A stretch of 64,000 bases of DNA. It comes from a virus. The stretch spans positions 8,801 to 72,800 of IMG/VR virus record IMGVR_UViG_3300037755_000598; one strand, written 5' to 3'. Under the pieces are notes generated by a model. It saw only the letters and a program-made list of their open reading frames with translations. It had not been told where the DNA came from and did no database searches. Within the stretch, counting starts at the first letter, position 1. Each line of letters starts with the position of its first letter. This document shows, piece after piece, positions 25,449 through 35,460 of the stretch. The position numbers and the translations under genes are program-made.

Positions 25449-26531
25449 GTGGCTGTATCGGGAACAGTCTCCACGACTGTATTCACCACGCGCCAGATTT
25501 GCGATCACGCCTTCAGGCGTTGCCGCGTGCCGACACAGCTCGTCACGAGTGAGCCTCTGCAAATCGCGCAGCAATCCCTCTACCTGCTCATGAGTGAGCT
25601 GGTGAACATGGGTATTCCGCTGTGGTGCATTGAAAAGCAGCTTCTTCCGCTCTACGAGAGCGCCGCAGAAATCACGTGCCCGAATGGCACGGTGGATGTT
25701 CTGAACCTCACCATCAGGCAGTTGCAGCGGCTCACGGGCACGACAAGCGCAAGCGAAGGTACCGCCGATTTCGCCACGGACGGGGATGTGGAGACCGCCA
25801 CCACGCAGACGATTGCGGGCGGCAACATCACGATCACCTATGACGACACGGTCACCATCAGCAATCTCGGCATCCTGCCGAATGCTACGGGTACGTGGAA
25901 TATTGCCGTCCAGACATCCGTTGATGGCGTGACCTATACGACCGTCTGGTCCAATACAGCGTTTGCCGCCGTCAACGGCGAATGGCAATGGATCGATCTT
26001 TACGACACGAGCAACGTGCAGGAAGGTGCGGCGCTCAACGCAATCCAGTATGTAAGGCTTCTGGCGACCGCGCCCACGATCCTCGATGTGCGGGAATTCG
26101 TCGTCGCGAACAGCCCGTCTGAAATCCCACTCGCGCGCATCAATCGCGACGATTACCAGAACCTCCCGGACAAATCCTTTCAGGGACGGCCCGTGCAGTT
26201 CTGGCTCGACTTACAGCGCGACACGCCCGTCATCCGCATCTGGCCGGCGGTTCAGCTTCAGTACACGTTCTATCAGCTCAACCTGACGCGCAAGCGTTAC
26301 CTCATGGATGTGGGCTCGCTCACACAAACGCTGGACATCCCGCAGCGCTGGTACGAGGCCATTGTCACTGAGCTTGCCGCGCGCCTGTCAATGGAAATTC
26401 AGGAAGTGGATATGCAGCTCATCCCCATGCTGCGGGGGGCTGCGGATCGCGCGATGCGGATCGCGTGGACCGGCGAAGGCGATTCGAGCCCGGTGTACTT
26501 CAGGACGAACATCCGCCCCTACACAGCATGA
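25449..26531 (+). CDS. head-to-tail adaptor with inserted beta-sandwich (discoidin-like) domain
   Basis: SGT.....T..QI...AFRRC N-terminus; RINR.DY..LP.K..QGRP.QFW; PQRWYEAI...LA..L; central SVDG..YTTV/YVRL insert. Confidence 0.7.
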   Translation: MAVSGTVSTTVFTTRQICDHAFRRCRVPTQLVTSEPLQIAQQSLYLLMSELVNMGIPLWCIEKQLLPLYESAAEITCPNGTVDVLNLTIRQLQRLTGTTSASEGTADFATDGDVETATTQTIAGGNITITYDDTVTISNLGILPNATGTWNIAVQTSVDGVTYTTVWSNTAFAAVNGEWQWIDLYDTSNVQEGAALNAIQYVRLLATAPTILDVREFVVANSPSEIPLARINRDDYQNLPDKSFQGRPVQFWLDLQRDTPVIRIWPAVQLQYTFYQLNLTRKRYLMDVGSLTQTLDIPQRWYEAIVTELAARLSMEIQEVDMQLIPMLRGAADRAMRIAWTGEGDSSPVYFRTNIRPYTA

Positions 26532-26549
26532 AACCAGCGAGGGCGAGTC

Positions 26550-26867
26550 ATGGCCGGATGGGATGACCCAACGGGATGGCCATTTTATGCGGTGGGCCTG
26601 TGCGACCGCTGCCATCAGCGCTTCCCGCTTCATGAGCTGATTGAAGACGGCAACCTTCCCGGTCTGCGCGTCTGTCGCAAAGACTGGGATGAGCTTGACC
26701 CGTACCGATTGCCCGCGCGGCAAACCGAAAACATCACCCTCCCCTTCGTGCGGCCAGACGTGCCTATCGCGCTGGAGGCCAGTGCCTTGGCGGAAACTTT
26801 CTACATCACCACGGAAGACGAAGACCCACTCATCACTGAGGACGGCGAACACCTTGTCACGGAATAA
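26550..26867 (+). CDS. small Zn-binding neck protein
   Basis: CDRC...FPL.EL ... GLRVC..D.D..DP ... RPD. Confidence 0.65.
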   Translation: MAGWDDPTGWPFYAVGLCDRCHQRFPLHELIEDGNLPGLRVCRKDWDELDPYRLPARQTENITLPFVRPDVPIALEASALAETFYITTEDEDPLITEDGEHLVTE

Positions 26868-26870
26868 GCA

Positions 26871-27911
26871 ATGGCGAACGTAAAAATCTCCGGGTTGCCG
26901 GGTGCAGTGTTGCCACTTACCGGGACCGAGGCCGTGCCACTGGTTCAAAATGGCGAAACGGTGCAGGCCCCCGCTGTGGAGTTTGGCCCAACGCTTCCGC
27001 TGCCCGTCGCGGATGGCGGCATCGGAATTACCAGCGGCACAAGCGGCGGTGTTCCCTACTTCTCCGCATCCGGATCAATCTCTTCCTCCGGCGAGCTACT
27101 CATCAATCGCATTGTGCTCGGCGGCGGCGCGGGAGCTGCGCCAACGGTACTCGGCTCCCTCGGCACCAGCGCAACGGTGCTCCATGGCAATGCCGGCGGA
27201 GCGCCAACGTTCGGCGCGGTGAGTCTCACCGCAGATGTAACGGGCAATCTGCCGGTCGCGAATCTCGATTCCGGTACAGGCGCGGGCGCCACCACTCTTT
27301 GGCACGGTAACGCAACATGGGCTTCCGTCAGCCTCACGGCCGATATCACCGGGACGCTGCCAGTTGCCAATGGGGGCACCGGGCAGACGACGGCAAACGC
27401 CGCACTGAATGCACTACTGCCAACGCAGGCCACACACAGCGGCGAATTCCTGACGACGGACGGAACGGATTCCAGTTGGGCGGCGGCCGGTGGTGGCGGA
27501 ATTGTCGCGGGTTCTTTCACCGGCACGCTCACAGGATTCACAACGCCGCTTACGGGTAGCGTGAACTACCTCATCTTCAATAATGAGTTCGTAACTCTGT
27601 ATGTCAATAACTCCGACCTGTTGGACAGCTCCAACTCAAGCAACAACACAGACATGAATCTCACTGGACTCCCGGTAGCTGTAAGACCTGCTCAGTCAAG
27701 GCGCGCGCAATGTTCGGTGGTAGACAACTCAAATCCTGAGCCGGGGATGGGCGAGGTTGATCCGACCGGCTTCATCAATTTCAAAATTGCGCGTCATGAC
27801 GCGGGTGAAGTACCTCTTGGTACTGTCGTGCTGTATGTCGGCAGCAACTTTAACGCGGCCGGCGCAAATAACGGCCTGCTGAATGGCTGGTCGATTTCAT
27901 ATCCGCTCTGA
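26871..27911 (+). CDS. tail fibre protein
   Basis: ANVKISGLP N-terminus; repeated LPVAN(G/L) motifs. Confidence 0.7.
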   Translation: MANVKISGLPGAVLPLTGTEAVPLVQNGETVQAPAVEFGPTLPLPVADGGIGITSGTSGGVPYFSASGSISSSGELLINRIVLGGGAGAAPTVLGSLGTSATVLHGNAGGAPTFGAVSLTADVTGNLPVANLDSGTGAGATTLWHGNATWASVSLTADITGTLPVANGGTGQTTANAALNALLPTQATHSGEFLTTDGTDSSWAAAGGGGIVAGSFTGTLTGFTTPLTGSVNYLIFNNEFVTLYVNNSDLLDSSNSSNNTDMNLTGLPVAVRPAQSRRAQCSVVDNSNPEPGMGEVDPTGFINFKIARHDAGEVPLGTVVLYVGSNFNAAGANNGLLNGWSISYPL

Positions 27912-27929
27912 CAACGCCACGGATTTCCA

Positions 27930-28577
27930 ATGCCCACTGCAATGACATTCACGTCCCTGCAAGAGGACATGCGTCGCTACCTTGAGCGCGGATATGTGGT
28001 GGATACGACTGTTTACGAACAGCTCCCCGCACTGATTAATCTGGCAGAGCGCGCGATTGCCACAGAGCTGAAATTTCAGGGCTTCATCAACGTTGTGGTT
28101 GCGGCCTTCGTTGCCGGCACGAGCGTCTATCAGAAGCCGGATCGATGGCGCGAGACCGTCAGCATCAACTTCGGCAGCGGGGTGGAGAACAACGTGCGCA
28201 ACGCGCTCTTCCCGCGCTCCTATGAATACTGCCGGGCCTACTGGCCGGATGCATCGGAGCGCAGTACGCCACTGTTCTATGCCGATTACGACTACGAACA
28301 TTGGCTCATCACGCCGACACCCGATGCCGCATACCCATTTGAAATCCTCTACTACCAGCAACCGCCGTTGCTCGATGACACGAACCAGACGAACTGGCTG
28401 ACGGACTACGCGCCGAACGCGCTCCTGTATCGGGCACTCCTTGAAGCTACGCCATTCCTGAAGAACGACGAACGCATCCCGACATGGAGCGCGATGTACG
28501 GGCAACAGATGCAGGCGATCAATACGCAAGACCTGCAAAAGATTGTGGATCGCTCTTCCACACGTAAGGCACCGTAA
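27930..28577 (+). CDS. tail tubular/adaptor protein
   Basis: P..I.LAE..I ... PTPD..Y..EI.YY ... TNWL...AP..LLY..L.EA.PFLK. Confidence 0.75.
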   Translation: MPTAMTFTSLQEDMRRYLERGYVVDTTVYEQLPALINLAERAIATELKFQGFINVVVAAFVAGTSVYQKPDRWRETVSINFGSGVENNVRNALFPRSYEYCRAYWPDASERSTPLFYADYDYEHWLITPTPDAAYPFEILYYQQPPLLDDTNQTNWLTDYAPNALLYRALLEATPFLKNDERIPTWSAMYGQQMQAINTQDLQKIVDRSSTRKAP

Positions 28578-30997
28578 TGACCGTCTACACCGAAATCTTC
28601 GGCGGGGGCACGATCTACCCCGCCGAGCCCACTTTTTTGTCCCTGACGTTCTCCGCGAACGTTGATCTTGTGTGGCCTATCGAACAGTCGGTGGGCGGCG
28701 ATGACATCGTTGCGAAGATCATCGAGCTGCATCCATCGACGACGGGACTGACAGTCTCGCTCGCCGATGCGCGCCAGGTATCCACCGGATACACGGTCGT
28801 CTTCTACAACGCCGAAGCCAGCACCGTCACGATTCTCGACAACGGCGGAAACACGCTGCTCACAGTCGCATCAGGCGAAGCGTGGCAAATCTACCTGCGC
28901 GATAACAGCACCGCAAATGGCCTGTGGCGCACATTCCAGCAGGGCGCGGGCACATCGACCGCCAATGCTGCATCACTCGCTGGCGCCGGCCTCAAGGCCA
29001 TCACCACGACCCTCAATACGAAGATGGAGCCCGAAACCCAGGCGGTCAGCTACGTCATTGTGAATGCGGATCGTGCCACGGTTCAGCAATGGACCGGTGC
29101 ATCAGGCGCATTCACTCTGCCAAACCCCGCAACGGTGGGCTCTGACTGGTACGTTGGCGTGAAGAACTCCGGCACGGGCAGCGTGACAGTCACGCCCGCT
29201 GCGGGGACCATCGATGGCAGCGCATCGCTTGTCTTTGCTGTAGATGAAAGCGCATGGATTTACAGTGATGGCACTAATTACTACACGCTCGGACTCGGAC
29301 AGGCCGTCAATTCGGTCTTCGACTTCATCGTCATCAACGTTTCTGGCTCGGGGAATTACACCCTCGCTGGCGCCGAGCTGAATCGAATCTCGTACGAGTT
29401 GATCGGCATTCTGACCGGCAATCGCAATATCATCGTGCCGGCGAGCATTCAGCAGTATTGGATCGATAACTCCACTACGGGCGCGTTCACTCTCACCGTC
29501 AAGACTCTTGCGGGTACGGGCGTTGTAGTCCCGCAGGGCCAGCGCACGATTCTGTATTGCAACGGCACCGATGTAATCAACGCCGAGACGCTGCTCGTCT
29601 CCACGCCGGTCGTCGTGAGTCAGGGTGGCACGGGACTTACGACGGTTGCGCAGGGAGACATGCTGTATGGATCAGCCGTCGATACGTACTCGCTGCTGAA
29701 CAAGGACGCAACCGCCACGCGTTATCTGTCGAACACGGGAGTTTCAAATAGTCCGGCGTGGGCGCAAGTTGTTCTCACCAATGGTGTGAGCGGCATCCTG
29801 CCGGCGACGAACGGCGGCACGTCCAACGGCTTCACCGCCTTCAGTGGCCCCACCACGACGGTCAAGACGTTCGCGCTGCCCGATGCGTCCGCGACCATCC
29901 TGACGACTAACACGGTTGTTACTGTGCCACAGGGCGGTACCGGCCTCAGCACTGTAGTGCAGGGCGATCTACTGTATGGGTCTGCTGCCGACACTTACAG
30001 CCGGCTTGCAAAGAACGTGACGCCGACGCGGTATCTTGCGAACACGGGGGCCAGCAATAACCCCGCCTGGGATCAGATCAATCTCGCGAACGGCGTCACC
30101 GGCAATCTTCCGGTCGCGAATCTCAACTCCGGCACGAATGCCAGCGCCTCCACTTACTGGCGCGGCGATGAGACGTGGGCGACTCCTGGCGCTGCATCCG
30201 GAACCAGTCTCACGGTTGCGGGCAATCAGATCGGCGTGAACGCCTTCGTCCTATTCGGTTCGCCGGGCGGATCAGGAACGTTCTCCATCGTCATTGCCCA
30301 GGGCTCGATTATCTACGCGCCCGATACACAGACCCCCGCTTTTGATCTGCGCGGCTTCGCAAGCGGCTCCACGATCAACATCACAAACCTCGGCTACATC
30401 CTCGGATGCGGTGGAGATGGTGGCGAAGGCGGTATCTATGTCGATACGACAGATATGTCATGGATTGGCATGACGGGCGCTGCGGGCCACGATGGAGGTA
30501 ATGCGCTGTACGGCCCCGGTGCAGGCATCACCGTCAATCTCACCAATGCCAGTGGCTTCATCTGGGGCGCTGGCGGCGGCGGCGGCGGCGGCGGTGTATC
30601 GGCCGATACCGGCAGCAATGCGAATTATGCGGCGGGCGGCGGTGGTGGTGGCGGTGCCGGCTCGGGCCATGGCGGAATTGTTTTCAGGATCGCGACCGGT
30701 TCGGGCGGCGTGCTTGCGCCTGGGGTGGGCACCAACGCAGGCAGCGGCCCATCCGGCGCGAATGGTACCGGAGGCGCGGGCGCACAGGCCGGAACCGCAA
30801 CAGGCGGCGCGGGCGGCGCGGGGGGTGACTGGGGTGTCGCCGGCAGTGCCGGGACTTCACCGACCGCGCAGGGACAGGACTATGCAGCGGGGACCGGAGG
30901 CGCGGCTGGCAAAGCCATCGAGCTGAACGGCGGCGGAGGCACGTTCAACATTCTCTCCGGCTCGGGCTCGCCGAACATTGAAGGGGCCGTTTCTTAA
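28577..30997 (+). CDS. long tail fibre / receptor-binding protein
   Basis: 806 aa; conserved N-terminus, LTGNR.I.VP, QGGTG repeats, Gly-rich C-terminus. Confidence 0.75.
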   Translation: MTVYTEIFGGGTIYPAEPTFLSLTFSANVDLVWPIEQSVGGDDIVAKIIELHPSTTGLTVSLADARQVSTGYTVVFYNAEASTVTILDNGGNTLLTVASGEAWQIYLRDNSTANGLWRTFQQGAGTSTANAASLAGAGLKAITTTLNTKMEPETQAVSYVIVNADRATVQQWTGASGAFTLPNPATVGSDWYVGVKNSGTGSVTVTPAAGTIDGSASLVFAVDESAWIYSDGTNYYTLGLGQAVNSVFDFIVINVSGSGNYTLAGAELNRISYELIGILTGNRNIIVPASIQQYWIDNSTTGAFTLTVKTLAGTGVVVPQGQRTILYCNGTDVINAETLLVSTPVVVSQGGTGLTTVAQGDMLYGSAVDTYSLLNKDATATRYLSNTGVSNSPAWAQVVLTNGVSGILPATNGGTSNGFTAFSGPTTTVKTFALPDASATILTTNTVVTVPQGGTGLSTVVQGDLLYGSAADTYSRLAKNVTPTRYLANTGASNNPAWDQINLANGVTGNLPVANLNSGTNASASTYWRGDETWATPGAASGTSLTVAGNQIGVNAFVLFGSPGGSGTFSIVIAQGSIIYAPDTQTPAFDLRGFASGSTINITNLGYILGCGGDGGEGGIYVDTTDMSWIGMTGAAGHDGGNALYGPGAGITVNLTNASGFIWGAGGGGGGGGVSADTGSNANYAAGGGGGGGAGSGHGGIVFRIATGSGGVLAPGVGTNAGSGPSGANGTGGAGAQAGTATGGAGGAGGDWGVAGSAGTSPTAQGQDYAAGTGGAAGKAIELNGGGGTFNILSGSGSPNIEGAVS

Positions 30998-31011
30998 TTG
31001 GAGCATTCAGT

Positions 31012-31296
31012 ATGAGCATCACTTTTGCCACGGGGCGCATATCCGTAACAAGCACCGCCACTCTTGTCGTGCCCGCCCGCGCGGGAAGAAAAGAGCTTCG
31101 GCTCTGGCCGATTCAGAGCATCGTCCCATGGTATGGCCCGGATAATACGGTAACGACAAGTAACGGATATGCGGCTAATGGGCCATTTTCTACTCAGCTC
31201 GCGCAGGCAACGCTCAATACAGAAAGCGACGTTTACGCCATTGTCGGCGGTGCTGGCACTCTGGCGCTCATCTACCTCGAAATATACGAAATCTGA
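31012..31296 (+). CDS. small structural protein
   Basis: in structural operon. Confidence 0.55.
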   Translation: MSITFATGRISVTSTATLVVPARAGRKELRLWPIQSIVPWYGPDNTVTTSNGYAANGPFSTQLAQATLNTESDVYAIVGGAGTLALIYLEIYEI

Positions 31297-31301
31297 ATCT
31301 G

Positions 31302-32819
31302 ATGGAATCTCCGATTGTTATCCGCTCGGAAGGGGGCATCAAACGCGATGGCACCCAGTTTGAAGGGAACTTCTACACGGACGGGCTGTGGTGTCGCTTC
31401 AATCGTGGACTGCCGCGAAAGATGGGTGGGTATCGCAGCATCAGCTCCGCGTTCACGGAACTCGTGTACGGCATGTCCTCGTACACACAAAACAATGTGC
31501 AGTATGTCCACGTCGGCAGCCAAAGCATGCTGCAACAGGCGCAGGTTGATAACAACGGCGTACTGATGGGCCTGCATAACCGAACGCCTGTCGGCTTTCC
31601 GCTCGATGCAAACAATCTGTGGCAACTGGATGTGATGAACAACAGTGTCAGTGCCACGGACACAATCGTTATTGCACACGCCGCGCCTAATCTCAATGAC
31701 ATCAGCAGCGATACCGAAACGGACATTTACTACGGCGCGATGACCGGGACGGGCGCGCTCACGGCTACCGCGCTCGATCCCGTAAGTGGTGGTGTAGTCG
31801 TGCTATCGCCCTACCTCATTTCGTATGGCAATGGCGGTCGCGTTGATGTGTCGGAAGAAAATGATGTCACAAACCCTACTGCTGCTTCTGCATTCGTCAC
31901 GGGGCAAAAAATTGTAAAAGGACTTCCTTTGCGCGGCGGCGGCTCAGGCCCTTCCGGACTTCTCTGGTCACTCGATTCCCTGATACGAATGTCATTTTCC
32001 TCCGGAGGTGGCACGCTGCCATTCGCGTTCGATACCATATCGAGCGAGTCCTCCATCTTGTCTTCGCAGGGCGTCATCGAATACGACGGCATCTATTACT
32101 GGGCCGGCGTGGATCGCTTCCTGAGCTTCAACGGTGTCGTGCGGGAAATCCCGAACACCATGAATCAGAATTGGTTTTTCGACAATCTGAACTACACATG
32201 GCGCCAGAAGGTATTCGCTTTCAAAGTCCCGCGCTGGGGTGAAATCTGGTGGTGCTATCCGCGTGGGAGCGCAACGGAATGCACGCACGCGGTGATCCTC
32301 AACGTGCGCGAGGGCACCTGGTATGACACGGAGCTGCCCGGCAGCGGACGCAGCGCGGGCGTTTACGCGAAGGTCTACAGCAAGCCGCTCATGATGGATG
32401 TGGACTCGACGGCCACGGGGTACACGCTGTGGCAACACGAGTTCGGCGTCAATTCAATTCTCGGCGCCACGGTTGAGCCTATCCCCGCTCACGTTACAAC
32501 GAATGAAATCACGATGCTGACCGGGCCGCAGCCCGTGGATAAGGGCCTGCGCTGCGCCCGCATCGAGCCGGACTTCGTCCAGAGCGAGGACTTGTCCGTT
32601 GTGGTTACTGGCCGCGCGAATGCGCGTGCGCCCGAAGATCCAGGCGAAACATTCACTTTCCCGGATGTGGCCACCGGGCCGTCCAATCAGATTGTGAACC
32701 TTAAGCAATCGCGCCGGCTCATGCGCTTCACTTTCTCATCCAATGCTGTTGATGGTGACTTTCAGATGGGCCAGTGCATCGCTCACATTGAGCCGTCTGA
32801 GGGACGCATCACGCAGTGA
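31302..32819 (+). CDS. tail nozzle / head-closure protein (P22 gp10-like)
   Basis: GIKRDGT, RF.RG.P.K.GG, beta-propeller-like composition, EIWW.YP. Confidence 0.75.
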   Translation: MESPIVIRSEGGIKRDGTQFEGNFYTDGLWCRFNRGLPRKMGGYRSISSAFTELVYGMSSYTQNNVQYVHVGSQSMLQQAQVDNNGVLMGLHNRTPVGFPLDANNLWQLDVMNNSVSATDTIVIAHAAPNLNDISSDTETDIYYGAMTGTGALTATALDPVSGGVVVLSPYLISYGNGGRVDVSEENDVTNPTAASAFVTGQKIVKGLPLRGGGSGPSGLLWSLDSLIRMSFSSGGGTLPFAFDTISSESSILSSQGVIEYDGIYYWAGVDRFLSFNGVVREIPNTMNQNWFFDNLNYTWRQKVFAFKVPRWGEIWWCYPRGSATECTHAVILNVREGTWYDTELPGSGRSAGVYAKVYSKPLMMDVDSTATGYTLWQHEFGVNSILGATVEPIPAHVTTNEITMLTGPQPVDKGLRCARIEPDFVQSEDLSVVVTGRANARAPEDPGETFTFPDVATGPSNQIVNLKQSRRLMRFTFSSNAVDGDFQMGQCIAHIEPSEGRITQ

Positions 32820-33052
32820 TTATCGATCCGCGCGGACTCAGCGTCATCGAGTGGACGGACTACATGGCGGATGAGCTTGTGGGATACACGCTCGCCCCAC
32901 GCCTGGATGTCCCGGCCCTATGGCAGTCATGGGCGCTCTCAGTCTGCCAGGCGCAACGTATCGCGCAGTTCAATCCGCCCAACCCGCTTGAATACGCCGA
33001 TTGGTCCGAATGGGCCGAGCGCTTCAATCAAACCGTCGAACTTCGCACGTAG
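32816..33052 (+). CDS. small Trp-rich tail-module protein
   Basis: IDPRG....W ... W..WA ... P.P....DW.EWA. Confidence 0.65.
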   Translation: MIIDPRGLSVIEWTDYMADELVGYTLAPRLDVPALWQSWALSVCQAQRIAQFNPPNPLEYADWSEWAERFNQTVELRT

Positions 33053-33060
33053 GTAACCCG

Positions 33061-34446
33061 ATGACCCCCCCGATTCTGCGCAGTCCGAATCTCGCGGACG
33101 GCGAAGCCGCGCTTGTCGTTCGCGTATACGAAAAGCCGCGTCCAATGCCATTCAAAAACGGCGGCCTTGCGCGCTCGGCCACGCACGTTCGTTCGGCGGG
33201 ACGTGGTGGCGATGAAATTCTGCTGCACATCAATCCGCAGGAATATGAATTTCTGAAGAGCCAGTGGGGTGAGCCCTCCACCAATCCACACACCGGGCTT
33301 CCTGAATACGGGCTGTTTTCCAAGATCAAGAAGGCCCTGAAGTTTGAGGCGTTCAACGTAAAGAAGATCGTCAAGGGGGTATGGAAAAACCCGACGCGGT
33401 TACTCACGGGAGCAGTCGATCCGCTCGGCACGAAAATCTCAAACAAGATGTTTGGGCAGAAGTACGACCCGCTGGTAAACCAGCTCGGAGGCGCGACCGA
33501 AAAGACATTCCAGGAAGCCGAAGCCAAAGGCATGGATACCGGGCTTGCGCGCAATCTTCATAAAACGGCCGGACTTGTCGCTGGCTTCTTCGGCGGCAAC
33601 GCACTCGGCAATCTCGCCTCGACCGGATTGGGCAACGTAGCCCAGGGGCTCCAGAGCACGGCTGCCGCCAACACGCTGTCTCCCATGGTGACGACGGCGC
33701 AAGGCGTAGGGAGCCACATCAGTCCCGTGGTTGTGCAGGCGGGGCAGACCGGCGCGAATGCCGCGAATCTCACCGGCACCATCGCCCAGGCCGGCGCGAA
33801 CGCCGCGAGCAGTGGCTCGGGCGCGCTCGCCAATCTCGGCAAGAAGGCGGTCGATTACGCGAAGCAGCCGAAGAACTGGGGCAACGTCGTCAAGTATGCG
33901 GGCGCACTCGGTGCCCTCGGTGGTGCGGGCGGAGCGCAGGAGGCCGAAGGCGCGCCCGATTCACCGCAATCGCCAGGGCTGAAACAACTTCCATACAACC
34001 GCGCCGCGTCCAACCGGGATTTTGATTGGTACACCTACGGCCAGGGACCGGAGCAGCAGTTTTATTCGGACAACGCCGTGCCCGCCTTCACGCCGGACGA
34101 AGAAGAACCTGTAGGCGCGAAGCATGGTGGGTCCTTCAGCGGCGCTGGCGCTTCTGGCTCGTTTGGCAGCGACACAGATTTCCCGGACAACGAAGCAGAA
34201 ACGCGTTTCGTGCGCGGCCCTGGCACCGGCCGCTCCGACTCCATTGATGCGCAGTTGAGTGACGGTGAATACGTCCTAACCGCAGAAGACGTGGCGCTGC
34301 TCGGTGATGGCTCATCCGACGCGGGCGCCAAACGTCTCGATGAGTTTCGCGCGAATCTTCGCAAGCACAAAGGCGGCGCACTTGCGCGCGGCAAGATTTC
34401 TCCCAACGCAAAGTCTCCAATGTCCTATCTAAAGGGGCGCATCTAA
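33061..34446 (+). CDS. internal virion / DNA ejection protein
   Basis: GR.GD..L.HINP.E, NP.TGLPEY, GPGTGRSDSIDAQLSDGEYV. Confidence 0.7.
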   Translation: MTPPILRSPNLADGEAALVVRVYEKPRPMPFKNGGLARSATHVRSAGRGGDEILLHINPQEYEFLKSQWGEPSTNPHTGLPEYGLFSKIKKALKFEAFNVKKIVKGVWKNPTRLLTGAVDPLGTKISNKMFGQKYDPLVNQLGGATEKTFQEAEAKGMDTGLARNLHKTAGLVAGFFGGNALGNLASTGLGNVAQGLQSTAAANTLSPMVTTAQGVGSHISPVVVQAGQTGANAANLTGTIAQAGANAASSGSGALANLGKKAVDYAKQPKNWGNVVKYAGALGALGGAGGAQEAEGAPDSPQSPGLKQLPYNRAASNRDFDWYTYGQGPEQQFYSDNAVPAFTPDEEEPVGAKHGGSFSGAGASGSFGSDTDFPDNEAETRFVRGPGTGRSDSIDAQLSDGEYVLTAEDVALLGDGSSDAGAKRLDEFRANLRKHKGGALARGKISPNAKSPMSYLKGRI

Positions 34447-35460
34447 ATGGGCGTCGCTGATTTTCTCTTCGAAGGTAAAGCCCCGCCAGCGGTGACGACG
34501 TACGGGAAAAGCTCGGCCGAAATTCCGCAGTTCATGTCGGACTACACGCAAGGCTTGATTAGCCGTGCGAACGCGATTGCGGCGGAGCCCTATCAGCAGT
34601 ACGGCGGCCCGCGCGTAGCCGGGTTTACCGCCGATACGCAGAACGCTTTCAATCAGACACGACAGGCCGCGAACTCCTATCAGGGGCCACTCGCGCAGGC
34701 GCTCGGCCTCACGGAGCAGGCGACCGCGCCCGGGTCAAGTGGGCTTGCACAGGCGCAACCGTATCTTCAGCAGGCATCGCAAACCTTCGGAGCGGATCAG
34801 GCGCAGCAGTACATGGACCCCTACGTGGGGAACGTAATTGATCGCGCGAAGCTGGAGGCGAATCGCAACTACGACGAGAACATTGCGCCCGGTCTTGCGA
34901 ATCGTTTCACGTCGCAGGGACAATTCGGATCATCCGCGCATGCACGCGAAGCCAATCGCGCCGCGCGGGACATGACGGAAGGCTTGCAGTCGAACGCCGC
35001 CGCGCAGCTCTCCGGCGCGTATTCGCAGGCCGGCAATCTCTTCAACGCGGATCAGGCGCGTCAGCTCGGGGTCGCGCAGCAGACCGGACAGCTCGCCGGC
35101 CAGCAGCAGGGCGCGCTTCTTCAGGGTGGCGCGCAGATGGGCGCGCTCGGGCAGGCGCAGCAGCAGATGGGCCTTCAGTCCGCCGCCGCGCTCGACACCA
35201 TCGGGCAGCAGCAGCAGCAGCAGCAGCAGCGCAACCTTGATACAGCCTACGGGGATTTCCAGAAGCAGACGCAGTATCCACGGGAAACCATCGACTGGAT
35301 GTCCTCGGTGATTCGCGGCCTGCCGGCGCCGGTCTCCACTACGACATCTCAGACAGGACCGGCAAACGTGTATCAGCCCTCGCCGTTGTCCCAGCTCGGC
35401 TCGTTTGGCACCGGGATCGCCGGGCTCAATGAACTCTTCAAACAAGGTGGGGGCAAGTGA
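34447..35460 (+). CDS. DNA transfer (pilot/ejection) protein
   Basis: Q/A/G-rich, YMDPY..NVI, GQFGSS; (CAG)8 at 35206..35229. Confidence 0.7.
   Translation: MGVADFLFEGKAPPAVTTYGKSSAEIPQFMSDYTQGLISRANAIAAEPYQQYGGPRVAGFTADTQNAFNQTRQAANSYQGPLAQALGLTEQATAPGSSGLAQAQPYLQQASQTFGADQAQQYMDPYVGNVIDRAKLEANRNYDENIAPGLANRFTSQGQFGSSAHAREANRAARDMTEGLQSNAAAQLSGAYSQAGNLFNADQARQLGVAQQTGQLAGQQQGALLQGGAQMGALGQAQQQMGLQSAAALDTIGQQQQQQQQRNLDTAYGDFQKQTQYPRETIDWMSSVIRGLPAPVSTTTSQTGPANVYQPSPLSQLGSFGTGIAGLNELFKQGGGK

Noticed and set aside
23519-30997. Diversity-generating retroelement acting on tail fibres
   Set aside because: No reverse transcriptase, and no adenine-specific TR/VR pair; the shared modules differ at all base types.
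35206-35229. (CAG)8 as a contingency locus
   Set aside because: In-frame polyQ inside a Q-rich ejection protein; unit changes would not switch expression.
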